Source: an uncultured Candidatus Saccharibacteria bacterium
GTDB taxonomy: Bacteria > Patescibacteriota > Saccharimonadia > Saccharimonadales > UBA4665
Direction: 5' to 3'
DNA length: 53,657 bases
NCBI GenBank assembly: GCA_964493045.1
Contig: CAZBLZ010000004.1
Coordinates: 1,605-55,261 of the forward strand
A program made the translations under genes and the position numbers. The notes below the pieces were generated by a model. That model had not been told where the DNA came from and did not search any database. It saw only the letters and a list, made by a program, of their open reading frames with translations. This document shows, piece by piece, positions 27,731-36,108 of this stretch. Every line of letters begins with the position of its first letter. The stretch's first letter is position 1.

Positions 27731-28965
27731 AGATCGAAAAAATTGTACATGGTGGACAGGGACTCGGTGAACTACCTGATGGGCGTAAGGTGTTCGTTTG
27801 GAATGCATTGCCGGGTGAGACCGTGCGGGCAGAGGTTATAAAAAAGAAGCGTAGCTATGCTGAAGCGATTGCGCGTGAAGTTGTTACCGGCTCAGCTGAA
27901 CGGGTTGAGCCACAGGAGGAGAACTACTTAGCTACTAGCCCGTGGCAGATGATGACTTTTGAGGCGGAAAATGGTTATAAAGCAGGGATCGTGCGCGATC
28001 TTTTTACGCACGAAAAGGTGACAATACCAGAATTTGATAGTGTAGTTTGGGCGGAGCCTGAATGGCACTACCGTAACAAAATGGAATACAGCTTCTGGGG
28101 TGATGACGATGGGTTGCATCTAGCGCTTCATCAGCGTGGCAGCCATGGCAAGCAGATCGTGGCAGGTAGCAAACTAGCTCTTCCGGCGATTGATGCGGCC
28201 GCGAACGCAGTGCTGGCTGAGCTCAATAAGCTAAGCCCACGTGCTGGTGACCTGAAGACTATAATTGTACGATGTGACCAAAAGGGAAATGCGGTTGCTG
28301 CGTTGTTTACAAAGCTGGAAAGCTTTAGCAAACTAGCTCTTCCGACTGAACTTAAGGGTCTACGGGTGTATCATAGCAACCCTAAAAGTCCAGCTTCGGT
28401 GCCTACAAAACTATTGTATGAGCTAGGTGACTCTGGCTTGGAAGATACACTGCTTGGCAAGGTGTTCGTGTATGATGTTGATAGCTTTTTTCAGGTAAAT
28501 TTGCCGATTTATGAAAAAGTGCTTGGCCGTATTGCAGAGCACACAACCGCAGATCCAGTTGATATGTATGCGGGCGTGGGGAGCATTGGCCTCACGGTTT
28601 CTAAGGAACGCGCAAAGTTGGTAGAACTAGATCCAGCTACTGCGGCAATGGCGCGCATAAATTTGGCCGCAAGCGGCCTAGAAGGTGAAGTAGTTGAAGC
28701 ATCAACTGAGAAAGTACTCGAGCATATCGTAAGTGATGTGCCTGTGATCTTTGATCCGCCACGTGCTGGTCTTCATGCTAAAGTTGTCGAACGATGCCTG
28801 GAAGCATTGCCACCGCAGATTACGTATTTAAGCTGTAACCCTGCAACGCAGGCGCGTGACTTAGCTCTACTACAAGACGCTTACGAAATTACCTTCTTTG
28901 AAGTTTATAACTTCTTCCCACGAACGCCGCACATCGAAACACTAGCTGTACTCACAAAGAAATAA
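27718..28965 (+). CDS. TRAM-domain RNA (uracil-5)-methyltransferase, TrmA/RlmD family
   Basis: N-terminal TRAM domain (HGGQGLGELPDGRKVFVWNALPGETV), plus DMYAGVGSIGL, IFDPPRAGL and YLSCNPATQARDL. Confidence 0.8.
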   Translation: MEEVKIEKIVHGGQGLGELPDGRKVFVWNALPGETVRAEVIKKKRSYAEAIAREVVTGSAERVEPQEENYLATSPWQMMTFEAENGYKAGIVRDLFTHEKVTIPEFDSVVWAEPEWHYRNKMEYSFWGDDDGLHLALHQRGSHGKQIVAGSKLALPAIDAAANAVLAELNKLSPRAGDLKTIIVRCDQKGNAVAALFTKLESFSKLALPTELKGLRVYHSNPKSPASVPTKLLYELGDSGLEDTLLGKVFVYDVDSFFQVNLPIYEKVLGRIAEHTTADPVDMYAGVGSIGLTVSKERAKLVELDPATAAMARINLAASGLEGEVVEASTEKVLEHIVSDVPVIFDPPRAGLHAKVVERCLEALPPQITYLSCNPATQARDLALLQDAYEITFFEVYNFFPRTPHIETLAVLTKK

Positions 28966-29008
28966 CAGGGTTCAGCACACCTGCATCTATGCCACAGTAT
29001 TGCTAAAA

Positions 29009-29037
29009 TGCTAAAAATGTGCTAATGTTTATATAGT
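29009..29037 (+). promoter_or_regulatory. Candidate promoter embedded in three TGCTAA direct repeats
   Basis: TGCTAA occurs at 29001, 29009 and 29020. TGCTAA (29009-29014), 17-nt spacer, TATAGT (29032-29037). Confidence 0.45.
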
Positions 29038-29066
29038 TCGAAAAAAACAAAAAAAGGACAAAACAT

Positions 29067-29426
29067 ATGGCAGCAGGACAAATTTACGATCATGGATTTG
29101 GCGGAGCGGGTAAAGCCCCAATCGGAGGTGTATTTAATTCGGAGCAGTTCCCTGATAAACTTGCTACCGTGACGGCCGCAGGGGAAAAGAGCGATACCTC
29201 AAATGGTCGAGTACGTAGAGCTTTGGCTGTACTTGGTATACATGGTGCCACGGCTGAGCAGCAGTCTCATTCTGAACAAGCATCTGTGCCTAATGGTGTC
29301 GCAGGTCCGATGGAAATACAAAATGGTATCCCTCGGGGCTCTGAGGTTGACGCTAACACTGTTGCAGGCATGTCTGAAGCTCCACGAGAGTCCCTGCCAC
29401 CACCAACCCCAGATAATAGGGTATAA
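29067..29426 (+). CDS. Hypothetical Gly/Ala/Pro-rich, probably disordered protein (119 aa)
   Basis: ORF bracketed by its own promoter-like element and a strong terminator. No domain recognised. Confidence 0.5.
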   Translation: MAAGQIYDHGFGGAGKAPIGGVFNSEQFPDKLATVTAAGEKSDTSNGRVRRALAVLGIHGATAEQQSHSEQASVPNGVAGPMEIQNGIPRGSEVDANTVAGMSEAPRESLPPPTPDNRV

Positions 29427-29441
29427 GCGGAAGTATCTAAT

Positions 29442-29471
29442 AAAAAATCGCCAAAGATTTGGCGATTTTTT
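29442..29471 (+). terminator. Rho-independent terminator after the 119-aa ORF
   Basis: Arms aaatcgcc (29445-29452) and ggcgattt (29461-29468), followed by a T run. Confidence 0.8.
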
Positions 29472-29501
29472 ATTAGGCCAAACGAACGGTATACTAGAGG
29501 T

Positions 29502-30293
29502 ATGGATTATTTGAGGGAACGGTCGCTGCCGTATCAGCCGGGGCAGACGATTCCGTTTAAGGTGAGTCGCAGTAAGATAGAATTGTTTAAACAATGTCCG
29601 CGCTGTTTTTGGCTTGATACTCGGTTGAAAATCACACGGCCCAGCAGTCCACCGTTTAACATCAATAAAACAATCGATGAACTCTATAAGAAAGAGTTCG
29701 ATGTACATCGTATGGCGGGTACGCCTCATCCGATTATGACAAAAAATAAACTGAATGGTGTCATACCATATGTGCATAAAGATCTCGACACCTGGCGCTA
29801 TAACTTCACTGGTGTAGTGGCATTGCACGAACCAACTAATTTACATGTGTTTGGTGCGGTTGATGATGTATGGGTAAACGAAGCGGGTGAGCTAATCGTA
29901 GTGGACTACAAGGCTACGAGTAAAGATAAGCCGGTGAGTATAAGTAGTGGCTGGCAGATTAGCTACAAACGACAAATGGAAGTATACCAATGGTTACTTC
30001 GTCAGAATGGATTTAAAGTGAGTGATACGGGATATTTTGTATACACAAATGCCCGAATGGATGTTGATGGCTTCGGTGATCATCTTGAATTCAAGACGAA
30101 ACTAATTCCATACACTGGCAATACAGACTGGGTTGAACCTACCTTGCAGGCGATGAAAGAATGTCTAGAGGGTGAAATGCCAGCAGTCGGTGATAGTATC
30201 ATGGGCGGTCCCTGCGAACATTGTGACTATGCACGGCGGCGAACTGAGCTAACGCTTAAGCATATGCAAAGCCGGAAACAGCCTAAGAAATAA
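29502..30293 (+). CDS. PD-(D/E)xK nuclease, RecB/Cas4-like, with a probable Cys cluster
   Basis: N-terminal SRSKIELFKQCPRCFW, core GAVDDVWV...ELIVVDYKAT (D...DxK), a QxxxY motif (RQMEVYQWLL) and C-terminal Cys residues (KEC...GGPCEHCDY). Confidence 0.75.
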   Translation: MDYLRERSLPYQPGQTIPFKVSRSKIELFKQCPRCFWLDTRLKITRPSSPPFNINKTIDELYKKEFDVHRMAGTPHPIMTKNKLNGVIPYVHKDLDTWRYNFTGVVALHEPTNLHVFGAVDDVWVNEAGELIVVDYKATSKDKPVSISSGWQISYKRQMEVYQWLLRQNGFKVSDTGYFVYTNARMDVDGFGDHLEFKTKLIPYTGNTDWVEPTLQAMKECLEGEMPAVGDSIMGGPCEHCDYARRRTELTLKHMQSRKQPKK

Positions 30294-30320
30294 ACGCGGT
30301 GGAGCTGTGCTAACGGTCTG

Positions 30321-31439
30321 TTAAGCCTTTTCGTTGAAAGGTAAGTGACGATAGATCTCTTGCCAGTTTGCTGGTTGGCTGTTGGCGAGGTCACGCTCGG
30401 CTCGTTCTTGGAGTTCAATTTCAGTTAGTGGCATGATACTGAGACGTTTATCTTCAAGCAACATAGTAAGATCGGCATGAGATATAAGCATGTTTTCAAT
30501 GCGTTCTTTAGGGACGCCGGAATGTAGATTACTGTGAAGTGTCTGTTGTTTAATCCATAGGGCGAGCTCTTTTTGTGGATCATGAGTCAAACGTTCTCGG
30601 ATCTTGATTCGCTGGCTTGCGCGGCGCTCGATGGTGCGAGAACGCTTATTCCAGTGCTTGCGAACGGCTTCTATGGTTAGGGCTGTATTGCAGAGCTCTG
30701 AGTATTCTTTATGTAGAATGGTGGGCAAGTATAGGTGATCGATCTTTTCTGTAGAGAGAGCATGGCGCCACTTCTTCTCATTGATAATCGTCTCGGCCTC
30801 GTGCTGTTTTAGCGTATATTCTCCAGCATCGACTAGAATAACTTTGTTTGATTTAGTAATTACTCCAATGTTCTCTAATTTGAAGGTGGTTTCCATGATA
30901 CCGTACTCCCACAGGCGGTAATGCAAGTCAATAATTGCACGCATAACCTGGCGTACCTGATGAACGTGGTGGATGGTAATTCTCTGGGGCGGCATTTCAG
31001 CAAAACGGAATGGATGCAGGTATTCAGCCATAGGTGTCACATGGTCTTGCGTTAAATGGAGCGGCATAAAGTAGCCGTGTTCAGGCTGAATTGGTCGCGC
31101 CAGAATAGGTACGATTTTAAGGTTGCCAAGTAAATTCATAAGCTGAGGGGATGCCGCATAGATACCCTGGAGTAGCTCAGGAAGCTGCTGCTTTTGGAGC
31201 ATTAGCTTGTGAATTCGTCGATCTGCTTCGGCTTCTGACATACCGACCTCAGAGAAATAAGGTGTTAGAACGTATTTACTCTCGGTGAAATCAAGCGGTA
31301 CTTTTACTACGCGACCTGTAGGTGTGCCATCGTTCGCAAGGATAGCATAGACACGGAATTGCGCACCGTGGTCTATGTATAGATATCGGTACAAAGTTCC
31401 TGAGATGTCGTTGGTCAAGATATTGTGTTGATCGGTCAT
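30321..31439 (-). CDS. Uncharacterised protein-kinase-like paralog, long type (A1)
   Basis: Motifs DHGAQFRVYA, GRVVKVPLDFTESK, LTQDHV, WEYGIMETTFKLENIG and LVDAGEYT. AGGTGG lies 4 nt upstream of the ATG at 31439 (the ORF opens at 31457). Gene existence is solid; the fold call is motif-based only. Confidence 0.6.
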   Translation of the reverse strand: MTDQHNILTNDISGTLYRYLYIDHGAQFRVYAILANDGTPTGRVVKVPLDFTESKYVLTPYFSEVGMSEAEADRRIHKLMLQKQQLPELLQGIYAASPQLMNLLGNLKIVPILARPIQPEHGYFMPLHLTQDHVTPMAEYLHPFRFAEMPPQRITIHHVHQVRQVMRAIIDLHYRLWEYGIMETTFKLENIGVITKSNKVILVDAGEYTLKQHEAETIINEKKWRHALSTEKIDHLYLPTILHKEYSELCNTALTIEAVRKHWNKRSRTIERRASQRIKIRERLTHDPQKELALWIKQQTLHSNLHSGVPKERIENMLISHADLTMLLEDKRLSIMPLTEIELQERAERDLANSQPANWQEIYRHLPFNEKA

Positions 31440-31440
31440 C

Positions 31441-32316
31441 TTACCACCTGTCCACATAATCTATTTCAGCAGCTTTGGCGGCGATGAAACTTTGGATTGG
31501 ATCATTATCCGATGGCTGACATGCACTGCAATGATGCTTTTTATGCCAGTGCGCTCGGAAGTTTTCGACCGAGAAAGCATCGTCAAGCGTTTTACAGTAA
31601 TAATCTTGAAGTTGCTTGGGGATTTGTGGGAAATCAACCTTCTCTGGCATAGTTGATTGTAGCCAGCGTTTTTCGGTTAGAGCGCGTTCTATGAAGTCGG
31701 CATCACTAGTATATTCACCCAAGTCTACTAATACGAAATTGCCACTGCTATCTAGGCCAGTGTCACCAATTTTGAGTACGTAGTCTGCATAGCCGTGCTC
31801 CCAGGCTTTGTAGGTTTGCTGGATATACAATTCGATGAGTTGACGAATCTTACTGAGATCACCGCGTCCTAAAGAAGGAAGTGTTGCCAAGTTGCGAAGC
31901 ATATCTCCGGTCATAGTAACCTTGTCCTGAGTGTATACCACGCGGCCAACACTCCATTGTTTTTCGGTAGTGTCTTCTGGCAGACTTGTACCAACGGGAA
32001 CTATACGTGGGTTACCGAAAAGGGCTAAAAAATCAGTCTGATCGTAAAAAGGGTGCTCGACCATATCAGGAATACGCGCCTTGCCGTTAAAAAGAGTGTG
32101 AATGCGTGCCTCTATCGACGGGATTTCTTGTGGCGATACTGGGTTCACAGTATGGCGACGTTCTGAGATAGCAAGCCTAGTCTCTTCTTTGGTAAGTGGG
32201 ATCTTAAGCACACGACCATCATGCGTGTCATAAGTATGAAATTGACTGCCACTGCCGAGTTCAGGGAAGGGAACATATTCATCGTTCAGGTGCTGATTCA
32301 TGTAGAGTGTGTTCAT
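31441..32316 (-). CDS. Uncharacterised protein-kinase-like paralog, short type (B1)
   Basis: Motifs ELGSGSQFHTY, GRVLKIPL, VYTQDKV, WEHGYADYVLKIGDTG and LVDLGEYTSD, with C-terminal HHCSAC...AEIDYVDRW. Its ATG shares one nucleotide with the A2 stop codon (TAATG). Confidence 0.6.
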   Translation of the reverse strand: MNTLYMNQHLNDEYVPFPELGSGSQFHTYDTHDGRVLKIPLTKEETRLAISERRHTVNPVSPQEIPSIEARIHTLFNGKARIPDMVEHPFYDQTDFLALFGNPRIVPVGTSLPEDTTEKQWSVGRVVYTQDKVTMTGDMLRNLATLPSLGRGDLSKIRQLIELYIQQTYKAWEHGYADYVLKIGDTGLDSSGNFVLVDLGEYTSDADFIERALTEKRWLQSTMPEKVDFPQIPKQLQDYYCKTLDDAFSVENFRAHWHKKHHCSACQPSDNDPIQSFIAAKAAEIDYVDRW

Positions 32317-33479
32317 TATTGTTTAGTCCAATTCTCGTTGTGTGGCAGATGTAACACAGGAGATGACACTATGATAGGTGGATCGCCGGCTGCTATTGCG
32401 CGTTCGATTTTTTCCTCTATAAAGGCAGCGCTAGCAGGATTCTTGCGGTTACGGTCCGCTAGTAAGATACTCAGGTCTGCAACGGGTATGTCGAGGTCAT
32501 CAATACTGTGGTCTGTGAAACCACGGTAAAGAGATGTGGAGAGATTATGACGTGCAACCCAGTAGCTAACCGATTTTTTAGAGTCGAGCGTCGTGAGTTC
32601 TTTTAGACGAAGACGTTTCGCGTGCAGTTGCTCTATGTGGGTGCTTTTTTGACGCCATTTCTTATGGAGCTGGCTTACGGTGAATGCTTGGTCACAAGTA
32701 TCTGCATAGTATTCATGTAGGATAGCTGGCATAAATTGGTAATCAATCTTCCGAGGCATAAGTGGGTGTAGCCAGCGTTTTTCTTCTATGATTTTTTCAG
32801 CCTGATTAAGGTCTGTGATGTGTTCTGCTAGGTCCATCCAGATAAGCTGGGGCGAACCGGTACTCCTGAACCTAATACCGAAGTTCTCTGGCTTAAAAAC
32901 GAATTCAAAAATACCATACTGCCAGATAAGATAATGCAGTTCAATGATTTGCTCAACTATGCTTTTTAGCATGTGTATGCTCCGACCATCGAGAGTACGC
33001 GTGTACTTATTGTTGGCGAGCCTGAAGCGTTGTAGATATGTGTCGAGTGTTAGGACATAATCTTGGGTAAAAAAGATGGGTAGGTAGTATGCCGGTTGGC
33101 TTTGTTGTTCGTCGACAGGGATAGGAGTTTGTAAGATCTTGAGATTACCTAAGGATTGGTTGAAGGTAGTGTCTTCACCTAGGACTCCTTGGACTAGGCC
33201 TGGCATTGCATGCTTAAATTGCATGACCTCGCGGGCTCGGGCATCGGCAAGCACATCCAATTCTTCCTCGGTGGTGTAAGTTGCAGTGAGCTTTAGAGGG
33301 TCCCAGATTGCATCTTTACTCTCAGTGAAATCAAGCGGTACCTTTATAACCCTGCCAGTGGGCTTATCAGCGAGTGTATAGACTGCATAGACACGGAATT
33401 GCGCACCATGCCCCACAAAATAGTAATGGTAATATGTACCAATGAGGGGTGTAGTTTCTGGGGTAGGAATGCTGCTCAT
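32316..33479 (-). CDS. Uncharacterised protein-kinase-like paralog, long type (A2)
   Basis: Motifs GHGAQFRVYA, GRVIKVPLDFTESK, FTQDYV, WQYGIFEFVFKPENFG and WMDLAEHIT. Its ATG directly abuts the B2 stop codon. Confidence 0.6.
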   Translation of the reverse strand: MSSIPTPETTPLIGTYYHYYFVGHGAQFRVYAVYTLADKPTGRVIKVPLDFTESKDAIWDPLKLTATYTTEEELDVLADARAREVMQFKHAMPGLVQGVLGEDTTFNQSLGNLKILQTPIPVDEQQSQPAYYLPIFFTQDYVLTLDTYLQRFRLANNKYTRTLDGRSIHMLKSIVEQIIELHYLIWQYGIFEFVFKPENFGIRFRSTGSPQLIWMDLAEHITDLNQAEKIIEEKRWLHPLMPRKIDYQFMPAILHEYYADTCDQAFTVSQLHKKWRQKSTHIEQLHAKRLRLKELTTLDSKKSVSYWVARHNLSTSLYRGFTDHSIDDLDIPVADLSILLADRNRKNPASAAFIEEKIERAIAAGDPPIIVSSPVLHLPHNENWTKQ

Positions 33480-34325
33480 CTATAGTCTGTCAATATAATC
33501 AATTTCTGCTATCCGAGCGGATACGAATGCAGTGATAGTGGTAGCTTCCTCGGTACAGTCGGTACAGACATGTTTAGCTCGCCAGCGTTTTTTGATTTCT
33601 GTTTCTGTGAAGGCGTTTTCGAGAGTTTCTATGTAAAAAGCCTCAAGACTTTCAGGTAGCTTTGGGAAGTCGTGCTTACTATGATTGACGTTATCAAGCC
33701 ACCATTTTTCGTTGATTGCGCGGACCATAAAATCAAGGTCACTTGTCCATTCTCCTAGGTCAACGCCGATAAGGTTGCCATGAGCATCTAGGCCTGTGTC
33801 GCCCAGTTTAAAAACGTAATCACCGTAGCCATATTCCCAAATGTCGTATACGTATTGCACGTAGTCCTCAACATACCGTTTGAGTTTTTGCTTGTCACCA
33901 TTACCGAGCTGGGGCAGTGCGGTAATAGCTCGCAACATACCGTTCGCCATCTCAACCTTGTTCTGTGTATATACAAAATGTGCGCTACCCCATTTTTTCT
34001 CATGAGTATCCTCTGGAAGGGTAACTGGGGTGATGGTAGGATCGCCCAGTAGATGTAAGAAAGGTACAGGATCCTGAAATGCATGTGTCACCATGCTAGG
34101 GATACGGGCTTTGCTGTTCATGAATGTCTGTACACGCATTTCCACGCTGGCGATTTCCTCGATTGTTCCGTGCATGACATTTCGTCGTCGTCTTGCAACT
34201 TGGTAGGTTTCAGCCTCGGTTAAAGGGATTTTGAGCACGCGACCGTTTTGCATGTCATACGCCTTGAACTGCGCGCCGTGTCCAAGTTCAGAATAAGTAG
34301 CCATGTTATTTGTGAGTTGTTGCAT
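33480..34325 (-). CDS. Uncharacterised protein-kinase-like paralog, short type (B2)
   Basis: Motifs ELGHGAQFKAY, GRVLKIPL, VYTQNKV, WEYGYGDYVFKLGDTG and GVDLGEWTSD, with C-terminal HVCTDC...AEIDYIDRL. I chose the start at 34325 by alignment with B1. The ORF opens at 34397 and neither start has a clear SD. Confidence 0.6.
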   Translation of the reverse strand: MQQLTNNMATYSELGHGAQFKAYDMQNGRVLKIPLTEAETYQVARRRRNVMHGTIEEIASVEMRVQTFMNSKARIPSMVTHAFQDPVPFLHLLGDPTITPVTLPEDTHEKKWGSAHFVYTQNKVEMANGMLRAITALPQLGNGDKQKLKRYVEDYVQYVYDIWEYGYGDYVFKLGDTGLDAHGNLIGVDLGEWTSDLDFMVRAINEKWWLDNVNHSKHDFPKLPESLEAFYIETLENAFTETEIKKRWRAKHVCTDCTEEATTITAFVSARIAEIDYIDRL

Positions 34326-34461
34326 ATAAATAAATTTCACACCGTTGTACAGAATTCTGATGATAATAACATAAAAAAGTCCATTAGTGTAATTCATGTT
34401 ACGGTTATGTTTATGAGAGTAATTACTCGGGACGTGGGACAGGATAGGCTATACTAGTGGC

Positions 34462-35709
34462 ATGTTAGACATTCAATTTATTCGTGAAAACGCTGAACTC
34501 GTCCAAAAAAAGGCGGAAGAGAAAGGCTATAAAAATGTCAAGGTTGCTGAACTACTGGAGATTGATACCGAACGGCGGAGCAAGCTGACGCAGATTGAAG
34601 AGCTGCGCGCTCGACGCAATGCGCTGACTACTGAGATGAAGGGCCAGAAGCCGACCGAAGAGCAATTAACAACAGGTAGGCAATTGAAAGATGAGATCGG
34701 CAGTCGTGAAAGCGAACTTAAAGGTATTGAGGCCAAATATGATGAGCGGATTGCCGGTATTCCAAATGTAACGTTTGATGACGTGCCTATTGGCGGCGAA
34801 GAGGATAGTGTTGAAATTAAAGTTGTTGGCGATACTCCAACTGGCGCTCAAGACCACTTGGACTTTGTGACCAAACGTGACTGGGTGGACTTTGACCGTG
34901 GCGCTAAAGTTGCTGGCGCCAAATTTTATTTCTTGAAAGGCGATCTAGCGCTGCTTGAAAACGCTTTGATTCAATATGCGCTCAATTTTGTGACTGAGAA
35001 GGGCTTTACCTTCATGACTGTTCCACATATGGTTAGCTCACGCGTAGCCACTGGTACGGGTTTTGCGCCACGTACTAGTGATCAAAGTGACGAGTACTAT
35101 ATCGAAGGTGAAGATCTGTCTTTGATTGCTACGGCGGAAATGCCACTAACCGGCTTTCACGCTGATGAAATTTTAGATGAGGCTCAGTTGCCGCTTATGT
35201 ATGCAGGCTTGAGCCCAAGCTACCGTAAAGAAGCAGGAACATACGGCAAGCATACCCGTGGTTTGTTCCGTGTCCATCAGTTCAACAAACTAGAGATGTA
35301 TGTATTTGCATTACCTGAACAAAGTCGCGAGATGCATGAACGTATTTTGGCACTTGAAGAAGAGCTATGGCAGTCAATCGGAATCCCGTACCACGTCATC
35401 AACATTGCCAGTGGTGATCTGGGTGCGCCAGCCGCTAAAAAATATGACATCGAATACTGGTCTCCTGTTGATGAAAAATATCGTGAGCTTACTAGCTGTT
35501 CTAACTGCACTGATTTCCAGGCACGCAATTTAAATATTCGTGTACGTCGCAAAGATGGGCGTATTGAAATGGTTCATACACTGAACGGTACTGCAGTTTC
35601 ACTTGCGCGCTCATTAGTGGTCTTGATTGAAAACTTCCAGAATGAAGACGGAACTTTGACCGTACCGGAAGTATTGCGCCCTTACATGAGTGGCAGGGAA
35701 GTTTTGTAA
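34462..35709 (+). CDS. serS: Seryl-tRNA synthetase
   Basis: N-terminal coiled-coil arm plus class II motifs (FRVHQFNKLE; GTAVSLARSLVVLIEN). Confidence 0.95.
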   Translation: MLDIQFIRENAELVQKKAEEKGYKNVKVAELLEIDTERRSKLTQIEELRARRNALTTEMKGQKPTEEQLTTGRQLKDEIGSRESELKGIEAKYDERIAGIPNVTFDDVPIGGEEDSVEIKVVGDTPTGAQDHLDFVTKRDWVDFDRGAKVAGAKFYFLKGDLALLENALIQYALNFVTEKGFTFMTVPHMVSSRVATGTGFAPRTSDQSDEYYIEGEDLSLIATAEMPLTGFHADEILDEAQLPLMYAGLSPSYRKEAGTYGKHTRGLFRVHQFNKLEMYVFALPEQSREMHERILALEEELWQSIGIPYHVINIASGDLGAPAAKKYDIEYWSPVDEKYRELTSCSNCTDFQARNLNIRVRRKDGRIEMVHTLNGTAVSLARSLVVLIENFQNEDGTLTVPEVLRPYMSGREVL

Positions 35710-35720
35710 GAATCCTCGTA

Positions 35721-36071
35721 ATGCATATAGAAATTACAACCCAAGGATTCGAGCTGACTTCGGAACTCGACAAATATACACGAGGTAAACTTACTCGTAT
35801 AGCACGACGCATCCCTCGGACTCTACGCGAAGAATCATATTGTTCAGTACAGTTTACGCAAGCCGTCCTAAAGGATGATAAGACTAATTCTTGTGTAATA
35901 CGGCTGACGGTAGGTGATACGGTTTTTGGGGCTACAGAGACTACACTACACACATATGCTGCGCTCGATATTGTCGCTGCGCATGTCGAGAGCGAGCTTA
36001 AAATGTATCGTGCTACGCATTCAAAATGGGGTGCTTTTGCACGTATTCGGCGTACCTTTCGCGTTCTATAA
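35721..36071 (+). CDS. hpf: Ribosome hibernation factor, short HPF/RaiA (YfiA) family
   Basis: MHIEITTQGFELTSELDKYTRGKL, the typical N-terminus of this family; 116 aa. Confidence 0.75.
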   Translation: MHIEITTQGFELTSELDKYTRGKLTRIARRIPRTLREESYCSVQFTQAVLKDDKTNSCVIRLTVGDTVFGATETTLHTYAALDIVAAHVESELKMYRATHSKWGAFARIRRTFRVL

Positions 36072-36108
36072 AAGTTCTCTCGCCATTAGTGGTAAAAAGG
36101 GGTACAAT

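Noticed and set aside
29199-29828. A 209-aa minus-strand ORF spanning the 119-aa gene, its terminator and the 5' end of the nuclease gene
   Set aside because: It runs straight through a strong terminator hairpin and two better-supported plus-strand genes. Its translation is rich in Trp, Cys, Arg and Phe and looks random.
35501-35953. A 150-aa antisense ORF over the serS 3' end and hpf. Similar long antisense ORFs lie at 8572-9009, 40049-40486 and 45659-46096.
   Set aside because: Each overlaps a confidently identified gene on the other strand and has no motif or RBS support. They are treated as chance ORFs.
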